Source of the DNA: Candidatus Peribacteria bacterium
Lineage (GTDB): Bacteria; Patescibacteriota; Gracilibacteria; UBA1369; LOWO2-01-FULL-3
Direction of reading: 5' to 3'
NCBI GenBank assembly: GCA_943358175.1
Contig: CALRGV010000004.1
Location: 40,514-104,513, forward strand
Length of the DNA: 64,000 bases
Position 1 is the first letter of the stretch; every line of letters starts with the position of its first letter. The translations under genes and the position numbers were made by a program. A model generated the notes under the pieces. That model made no database searches and had not been told where the DNA came from. It saw only the letters and a program-made list of their open reading frames with translations. This document shows, piece by piece, positions 9,959-16,595 of the stretch.

Positions 9959-11176
9959 ATGGAGACACTAGAACAGACATTACAGGTAAATGAATTTGCG
10001 CGTAAATGTAGACACTTAAAGAACTTCTCCAGAGGAGGTCTGGTAAGAATGAATATTGGTTATTTGTTTTCCAGTGCTTGGAATTCAACCAAGAGGCTCG
10101 TAAACAATCCTCTTTTTGCTGTTGCGGTAAAAACATTTGGAGTGGCAAAAGAGGCGTGCACAAGCGCTTTACCGGCTTCACCACAGAGGAGATTATTGGC
10201 TCAATCAATTTTTATTGCCGGTACAGCTTTAATTGTTACTTCTCTCAGTTCCGGCGCTACTTTCACACCTGCTGAGATGAGTTATTCCAGCGATTATCTT
10301 TCCGCTTACACTTTGCCGGGTGATGTATTGGTTAGTGACGACTCAGGTTACCTTGTAAAGGTGAATCCACCTACCGATGAATCAAACAGAATTGGCTTAA
10401 CCGATTATGCCGTACACACGGTTCAGGGTGGAGAAACGATGTCGGCTATCGCGAAAAAATATAGTGTGAAGGTGGAAACAGTAATGTGGGAAAACAATAT
10501 AGTTAATTCAAACACTTTGAGGACCGGCCAAAAACTTCTGATACCACCTGTTGATGGAGTGAGCTATAAAGTGGCCAATGGTGAAAATATTGAAAAAATT
10601 GCAAAAAAATATAGCATTTCAGCAGATTCAATCATCGCGCAGAATGGATTAGATAAAAATTTAGTATACAAGGGACAGGAGTTGTTCTTGCCTGGTGCTA
10701 AGCCTATTCAGACTCCAAACCTGGTAATCGGGCGTAATCCTGTGGCTAGCAGGAGTTACAGAAGTACTGTCAGCGCCACTTCTTCCACAGCTACTCCGGA
10801 TATTGGTAAGATGTTTATTTTCCCTACTCTTGGTTCTACCACTCAAGGATTCCGTTCCGGACATTACGCTTTGGATATCGGTAATCGTGCGATGCCTCCT
10901 ATTTGGGCTGCTTCGGGTGGTACAGTGGTTAAGGCTTCCTCAGGCACTTGGGGTGGTGGCTACGGTACTCACGTGATTGTTGACCATGGAAACGGCGTGA
11001 AGTCTCTTTATGCACATATGGATTCCCTGAATGTCTCTGAAGGTCAGTGGATAAACCAGGGTGACGTAATCGGCGTGATGGGTAACACAGGGCGTGTATA
11101 CGGTGCTACTGGTATCCATTTGCACTGGGAAGTTATCGTCAACGGCGTGAAAGTAAATCCGAATAATTACTTCTAG
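9959..11176 (+). CDS. LysM (x2) plus M23 peptidase family protein
   Basis: Two LysM repeats (HTVQGGETMSAIAKKY; YKVANGENIEKIAKKY) and M23 motifs HYALDI, YAHM, HLHWEV. Start is uncertain (9893, 9959 or 10049). Confidence 0.9.
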   Translation: METLEQTLQVNEFARKCRHLKNFSRGGLVRMNIGYLFSSAWNSTKRLVNNPLFAVAVKTFGVAKEACTSALPASPQRRLLAQSIFIAGTALIVTSLSSGATFTPAEMSYSSDYLSAYTLPGDVLVSDDSGYLVKVNPPTDESNRIGLTDYAVHTVQGGETMSAIAKKYSVKVETVMWENNIVNSNTLRTGQKLLIPPVDGVSYKVANGENIEKIAKKYSISADSIIAQNGLDKNLVYKGQELFLPGAKPIQTPNLVIGRNPVASRSYRSTVSATSSTATPDIGKMFIFPTLGSTTQGFRSGHYALDIGNRAMPPIWAASGGTVVKASSGTWGGGYGTHVIVDHGNGVKSLYAHMDSLNVSEGQWINQGDVIGVMGNTGRVYGATGIHLHWEVIVNGVKVNPNNYF

Positions 11177-11321
11177 AGTGATTAATTAAGCTCGTCTACT
11201 TCGTTGCCGGTAAACTCCGGTCGAAGTTTTACCGACGCCTCGTAGCTGGCATAAATGTGACACTCTACATTTATACTATCTACTTTGTTGACAATCTTGC
11301 CGAGCTCACTTAATCACTCTA
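11174..11321. repeat. Hairpin/MITE-like repeat, family A copy 1
   Basis: Terminal inverted repeats TAGAGTGATTAA/TTAATCACTCTA; internal motifs TCTACTTCGTTG, GTAAACTCCGGTC and CGCCTCGTA shared with 52196-52319. Confidence 0.8.
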
Positions 11322-11372
11322 CTGCAAAGGTATACGCATGGAGTCCGGATTTGTAACAAGAAAATTTTGATC

Positions 11373-11645
11373 ATGAAATCTCTTAAATATATAGCATCTT
11401 GCATCTGGCATTTACCGCGACGTGTAGCGGTTTTTTTTGTGACGGTATATCAGAAAACTTTGTCACCGGACCATGGCTGGCTGAAAAAGTTTTACCCATA
11501 TGGATACTGTAAATTCACTCCTTCCTGTTCGGAATATGCGAAGTTGAGTATTAAAAAGTATGGGGTGCTGCGGGGTGGCCTGAAGTCCGTGTGGCGAATC
11601 TGCAGGTGCAATCCATGGAGTAATGGTGGCGAGGACGGGGTGTGA
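11373..11645 (+). CDS. yidD: Membrane protein insertion efficiency factor YidD
   Basis: YQKTLSPDHG...CKFTPSCSEYA...KYG..RG......RICRCNPWS.GGED. Confidence 0.93.
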   Translation: MKSLKYIASCIWHLPRRVAVFFVTVYQKTLSPDHGWLKKFYPYGYCKFTPSCSEYAKLSIKKYGVLRGGLKSVWRICRCNPWSNGGEDGV

Positions 11646-11780
11646 TTGCCAATCGCTTGCGTCGTCACTCGAGGGCAGGCACGCTCTAGCGCCTAACCGG
11701 TACTTTCCTAGTAAATTCTTGGCTCAATCAAGCCGTAATCCCTCACCACGAACCACCGCGTGCGCGATCTCACGCCGCCA

Positions 11781-12965
11781 TCACGCCCTCACCCACCGCT
11801 TTTTCACCTCATGACATCTCACATCCACCGCGTGCGCGATCTCATGATGCTCCTTGCAAAGTGGCGCTAGATAGTGCGGATCGTGGCTTCCGGACAGTGC
11901 AAATCTTTGCGTATGATGAATAGTCTCCGCCAGCTTTTGGCAATTTTTTATCGAACATTTCGTCCCGTGTTCGTCGTGAAGAATTTTTTTCACGGCGACG
12001 GGAATGTGAGGTCGTGGCTGCACCACCACACCGCCCTTCAATTCTCCTTTCGGCGAACTTTTCAAAATCTCCTCCTCGATTTGCGCTTTCTTCTGTGCCT
12101 TTTCCTCTTCCTTTTGCAAAACTTTTTCCGCGATTTTTTCTTTCCTTTGCGCAATTTCTTCCTCACGCTTCTTCAGAAATTCCAGCAGAATTTGATTGAG
12201 ATCGAGGCCTTTTTGTTGAAGCTCCAGAAGTTTTTTGTGAACTTCGGGGGAAAGATTTACCGCCTGACTCATCCACCCATTCCACACAACCTTGTTTTTT
12301 TCGTCACTTGACGCAGCGGAAATAGATTGTGCAGACTTGTGCGCGCGCACAAATTTAGCGCCATTTTCTGGCTCAAGTAAGCCGTTTGAGTTTTTACCGC
12401 GCAGCCCGGAAAGGTCGCCAAAATTGCCAAATAAATCAGCGCTCGCACCCCCGACAATTCCACCACAATTTTCCCTCGCCCACTTTTCATCCCTCACCAA
12501 AGTTTCCACCGCGCCCTTCGACAAAATTTGCACCTGTTCCGCCAAAAATTCCTGATTTTCTGGATTAGCAATCGCCGCGACTCTCGCCAACTTATTCACA
12601 CTCACTTCCCCATTCACCAAAAGAGTTTGCAACGCCGGCACATTCTCAAATCTTTTTTCCAAATTCAACACCAATCTCACCTGTTCTTCGCTCAACCCAG
12701 CCAATTTTTTTGCAAAAACAAAAACCGAATCAAAGCCTTTTTTCTCATACAATTTTCGCTTAAAAACCTCCGGCAAAAGTCCAGTAAATTTTCGTCGCCA
12801 CTCGAGCGCACGCGCGCCGTATGTTCTACAAAGTTGATAGAGATTTTCATCGCTGAGGGATTGCGGATTGGAGGATGAATTTTGGCAAAGATTGAAATTT
12901 GGATTGTGATTGGAAACTGAATTAACAGACTGATTTTGATCACCATTCACTTGCGGATTATTCAT
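11781..12965 (-). CDS. HNH endonuclease-like protein (DUF222/13E12-like architecture: helical N-terminus plus C-terminal Zn-binding HNH)
   Basis: C-terminus PHIPVAVKK.L....G.KCSIKNC...TIHH...LAPLCKEHHEIAH; N-terminal L..GEVS.NKLA.VA motif. Confidence 0.75.
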   Translation of the reverse strand: MNNPQVNGDQNQSVNSVSNHNPNFNLCQNSSSNPQSLSDENLYQLCRTYGARALEWRRKFTGLLPEVFKRKLYEKKGFDSVFVFAKKLAGLSEEQVRLVLNLEKRFENVPALQTLLVNGEVSVNKLARVAAIANPENQEFLAEQVQILSKGAVETLVRDEKWARENCGGIVGGASADLFGNFGDLSGLRGKNSNGLLEPENGAKFVRAHKSAQSISAASSDEKNKVVWNGWMSQAVNLSPEVHKKLLELQQKGLDLNQILLEFLKKREEEIAQRKEKIAEKVLQKEEEKAQKKAQIEEEILKSSPKGELKGGVVVQPRPHIPVAVKKILHDEHGTKCSIKNCQKLAETIHHTQRFALSGSHDPHYLAPLCKEHHEIAHAVDVRCHEVKKRWVRA

Positions 12966-12992
12966 ATTTTAAAGTTTAAATTGTATGCTTTG

Positions 12993-13021
12993 ATTGTAGG
13001 TGAGCATGCACTCACCTTCAA
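12993..13021 (-). promoter_or_regulatory. Sigma70 promoter (TTGAAG-N17-TACAAT) whose spacer is the palindrome GGTGAG-N6-CTCACC (putative LexA box)
   Basis: The minus strand reads ttgaag gtgagtgcatgctcacc tacaat; same architecture as the lexA promoter. Confidence 0.75.
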
Positions 13022-13234
13022 GGCTGAATTCTCTTTTCTACTAGCCAAAAGATCAGAAATGACTCGAAGTGAAACTCGTGTTTACCTCTATTTTAAGCCG
13101 TAATTGCAACATTGCCACAATCGTGAAATTTTATAAGATAACCCACAGCCAACAATTTAAAGTTCCGGGTAGGCGCTAGGGTGTGCCCGGGGAAGGTCGC
13201 CCAAAGCACCATGGTCAATTCATCCGCCGCGCTA

Positions 13235-13262
13235 TTGACATTTCCTTTGATATAATTAGAAT
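13235..13262 (+). promoter_or_regulatory. Putative purH promoter TTGACA-N16-TAGAAT
   Basis: Consensus -35 and near-consensus -10, about 110 nt upstream of purH. Confidence 0.55.
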
Positions 13263-13372
13263 TCACAAGGGCCGGCCGAGAAGGAAGCACGTGCTGTAAA
13301 GCGCAAAGTGGTGCGGAAATCGACGAATATGGCCGCAGCAGAGCAAGATTCAATCTATTAATCCAATTCACT

Positions 13373-14884
13373 ATGCCGATTCAACGCGCTTTGATCAGTG
13401 TGTCTGACAAAACCGGAATAGTTGATTTCGCGAAAAAGCTGGCCGAAAAAAACATCGAAATCCTCTCTACCGGTGGTACCGCCAAAGCGCTCAAAGACGC
13501 CGGTATAAAAGTCACCGACGTGTCTGAATACACAGGATTCCCCGAGATGATGGATGGCAGAGTGAAAACTTTGCATCCGAAAATTCACGGAGGGATTTTG
13601 GCTATTCGGGATAACCCAGAACATAGAAAACAGGCGGAAGATGCCGGAATAAAGATGATTGATCTGGTTGTGATTAATTTTTATCCTTTTTTGGAAAAAC
13701 CGGGAATTGAGAATATAGATATAGGCGGGCCGAGTATGGTGAGAAGTGCGGCGAAAAACTTCGAACACGTAACGATAGTCACTAGTCCGGCCGATTATGA
13801 TGAAGTGATGAACGAAATTGAGCAGAATGGAGAGAGTAGTTTGGAGACACGAAAAAAATTGGCGAGAAAAGCTTTTACGGCGACCAGTCATTATGACTCG
13901 GCAATTGAACAATACTTTAGAGAACTTTTGGATGAACCGGAACTTTTGGAATTACATTACGAAAAAGTTTCCAGCTTGAGATATGGTGAAAATCCGCATC
14001 AGAAAGCCGCTTTTTTCCGCAATCCGGAGAATACTGACGCCAATATTACCAATTCGAGGGTTCTCCATGGCAAGCAGCTGTCTTTCAATAATCTGGTGGA
14101 TGGTGATAGCGCGCTGGAGCTTGTGAAGGAATTCAAAGAGCCTACGGCGGTTTTTGTGAAACATAATAATCCGTGTGGTGTGGCAAGTGCCGCGACAATA
14201 GAGGAGGCCTTCAAAAAGGCCTACGACGTCGATCCCCTTTCAGCTTTTGGTTGTGTGATTGCCCTGAATTGCGAGGTGAATGATGCGGTGGTGGATTACA
14301 TGAAGGAAAAAAAGATGTTTGTGGAAATGATTATCGCGCCGAGTTATGAAGAAAATGCTTTGAAGCGCCTGATGACGAGAGAAAATTTGCGTATTTTGGA
14401 AACGGGACCGCTGAAATTGGATTTACTTAAAACCGATATCAAAAAAGTGGCCGGAGGTTTGTTGATTCAGACCAAAGATGCTTATGAATTAACGCGCGCG
14501 GATCTACAGGTGGTAAGCAAGAAACAGCCTACGGAAGAGGAAATCGACTCTATGCTCTTTGCCACGAAAGTCGTGAAGCATGTGATGTCGAACGCGATCG
14601 TGATGGCAAAAGGGACGATGGTGACAGGCGTTGGCGCAGGCCAGATGTCGCGTGTGGATAGCGTGTTCATTGCCGGACATAAAGGTGGTGAGAACGTCCG
14701 CGGTTCGATGATGTCATCGGATGCTTTCTTTCCTTTTCCGGACGCGGTGGAATTGGCTCACAAGTTTGGCGTGACAGGGGTGATTCATCCCGGTGGCTCA
14801 ATAAATGACGCACAAGTCATAGAGGCGGCCGACAAGCTCGGCATGGTCATGGTGGTGACCGGTAGGAGGTATTTTAGGCATTGA
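13373..14884 (+). CDS. purH: Bifunctional AICAR transformylase/IMP cyclohydrolase
   Basis: ALISVSDKTG, GRVKTLHPKIHGG, IDIGGP, LRYGENPHQ, KHNNPCG, SDAFFPF, RYFRH. Confidence 0.97.
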   Translation: MPIQRALISVSDKTGIVDFAKKLAEKNIEILSTGGTAKALKDAGIKVTDVSEYTGFPEMMDGRVKTLHPKIHGGILAIRDNPEHRKQAEDAGIKMIDLVVINFYPFLEKPGIENIDIGGPSMVRSAAKNFEHVTIVTSPADYDEVMNEIEQNGESSLETRKKLARKAFTATSHYDSAIEQYFRELLDEPELLELHYEKVSSLRYGENPHQKAAFFRNPENTDANITNSRVLHGKQLSFNNLVDGDSALELVKEFKEPTAVFVKHNNPCGVASAATIEEAFKKAYDVDPLSAFGCVIALNCEVNDAVVDYMKEKKMFVEMIIAPSYEENALKRLMTRENLRILETGPLKLDLLKTDIKKVAGGLLIQTKDAYELTRADLQVVSKKQPTEEEIDSMLFATKVVKHVMSNAIVMAKGTMVTGVGAGQMSRVDSVFIAGHKGGENVRGSMMSSDAFFPFPDAVELAHKFGVTGVIHPGGSINDAQVIEAADKLGMVMVVTGRRYFRH

Positions 14885-14906
14885 TTCGACAAACTAGTTA
14901 AAGTAT

Positions 14907-14940
14907 TTGACCGAAACTGCACTTTTAAGTATACTTAAAA
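14907..14940 (+). promoter_or_regulatory. Promoter TTGACC-N17-TATACT with perfect palindrome TTTTAAGTATACTTAAAA over the -10
   Basis: Directly upstream of the AAA+ ATPase; ACTTTTAAGTAT recurs at the start codon. Confidence 0.6.
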
Positions 14941-14970
14941 CAAGCAAGGAAAAGTATTTAACTTTTAAGT

Positions 14971-16176
14971 ATGATTAAAACATATATACCAAGGAATATT
15001 TATTTAAAGCGTATCAAGCCATTCATTGATAAAGATATTATAAAAGTATTGGTAGGTCAGCGCAGGGTAGGCAAGAGCTACTTATTATTTCAAATAATGG
15101 ATTTGATAAGAGAGCAATATGAGAGCCCAAACATTATCTACATAAATAAGGAATTGAACGAATTTGCAAGTATAACAAATTCCAAAGAACTGTTGAATTA
15201 TATTGAAGGTAAAGTGATGAAAAATAAGAAGACTTACGTTTTTATAGATGAAATTCAAGAGATAGATCAATTTGAAAAAGCACTCAGAAGCCTTCAGGCG
15301 GATGGTTCATATGACATTTATTGTACAGGAAGTAATGCAAATTTACTCTCCGGCGAACTCGCGACGTATTTAAGTGGACGGCACATCGAGATAAAAATTT
15401 ACGGCCTTTCCTATGAAGAATTTTTGAGGTTCAAAAAGTTGGATAACAACAAAGATTCTTTATTGAAATTCATCAAATTCGGAGGGCTACCCTATTTAAT
15501 ACATCTCCCACTTGAGGATGAAGTAATTTATGACTATTTGAGTAATATCTATTCTACTATTCTCTTCAAGGATATAGTAAAAAGACACAGTATCAGAAAT
15601 GCAGCCATACTCGAAAGGCTGATAGAGTTCTTGGCGGATAATGTTGGGAGTTTTGTTACAGCAAAACGCATAAGCGATTTTCTGAAGTCCCAAAGGATAA
15701 AAATATCACCAAGCGTAATTTTAAATTATCTTCAGTATCTTGCGGCATCATTTTTTATATTTAAGGTTCAGAGATCCGGTATTGGAGGTAAAAAAATATT
15801 TGAAATAAATGAAAAATATTATTTCGAGGATTTAGGATTGAAACACTCAATACATAGATATGAAAACAATGATATTAACAAGGTTTTGGAAAATTTAGTT
15901 TTTATGCACATGAAAATATGCGGATATTCCATCACGGTTGGACAGCTTGGATCGAAAGAAATTGATTTCGTTTGCAGTAGAGGTGATGAAAAACTCTATA
16001 TTCAGGTTGCATACATCATCAATGATAATCGCACCAAAGAAAGAGAATTCGGGAATTTACTTTTAATAAAGGATAATTACAAGAAAATCGTCGTTTCAAT
16101 GGACGAAATGGTAGAAGGCAACTTTGAGGGGATTAAGCAGATCAATATCCTTGATTTTTTAAGTACTTATTTGTAG
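14971..16176 (+). CDS. AAA+ superfamily ATP-binding protein (AAA_14 plus DUF4143)
   Basis: Walker A GQRRVGKS, Walker B FIDEIQ, TGSNA.LLSGELAT.LSGR, KYYFEDLG, EIDFV; AT-rich. Confidence 0.9.
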   Translation: MIKTYIPRNIYLKRIKPFIDKDIIKVLVGQRRVGKSYLLFQIMDLIREQYESPNIIYINKELNEFASITNSKELLNYIEGKVMKNKKTYVFIDEIQEIDQFEKALRSLQADGSYDIYCTGSNANLLSGELATYLSGRHIEIKIYGLSYEEFLRFKKLDNNKDSLLKFIKFGGLPYLIHLPLEDEVIYDYLSNIYSTILFKDIVKRHSIRNAAILERLIEFLADNVGSFVTAKRISDFLKSQRIKISPSVILNYLQYLAASFFIFKVQRSGIGGKKIFEINEKYYFEDLGLKHSIHRYENNDINKVLENLVFMHMKICGYSITVGQLGSKEIDFVCSRGDEKLYIQVAYIINDNRTKEREFGNLLLIKDNYKKIVVSMDEMVEGNFEGIKQINILDFLSTYL

Positions 16177-16230
16177 ATACCAACCAAAGTCGTTGCTAAG
16201 GAAAACAGCCGCTTCACCGCGAGTGATATT

Positions 16231-16295
16231 TTCATCAGGACGGCTCAATAAATGATGCACAGGTCATTGAGGCCGCCGATAAGCTCGGCATGGTC
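16231..16295 (+). pseudogene. Remnant copy of the purH 3' end
   Basis: Matches purH 14784-14848 (..GSINDAQVIEAADKLGMV) with mostly synonymous differences. Confidence 0.8.
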
Positions 16296-16365
16296 TTAGA
16301 AAAGCCTCATGTGTGATCTGTACCCTTACCGTTTTAATTGGAGATCCCGCGTTGATGTAGTGTCT

Positions 16366-16430
16366 TTTATTTCGGAAATGAGACTAAAAAATGTCCTATT
16401 TCCGGAATAGAATGCCGTCCTGGAAAATGA
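16366..16430 (+). repeat. AT-rich dispersed repeat, family C copy 1
   Basis: Aligns with the reverse complement of 23085-23149 and with 44086-44128. Confidence 0.75.
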
Positions 16431-16548
16431 GTTAATTGGGCGGAGAATATTTAACGGCTTATCATGCTTGTATTTTACAACCTAGGCTTTAAAAATACAA
16501 GGTTTGATTAATGCGGCAAGATTTTTTTTCATAGAATTTACCGGCACT

Positions 16549-16591
16549 AAAAAAGCCCCTCCGTGAACTGATCTAGCGAGAGGCTTTTTTT
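16549..16591. terminator. Bidirectional-type intrinsic terminator
   Basis: AAAAAAGCC...GGCTTTTTTT just after the stop of the S-layer gene. Confidence 0.65.
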
Positions 16592-16595
16592 GAAT

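Noticed and set aside
13268-13292. SRP RNA, from the GGCCGAGAAGGAAGCA similarity to domain IV
   Set aside because: It lacks the CAGG/GNRA geometry and the long flanking helix.
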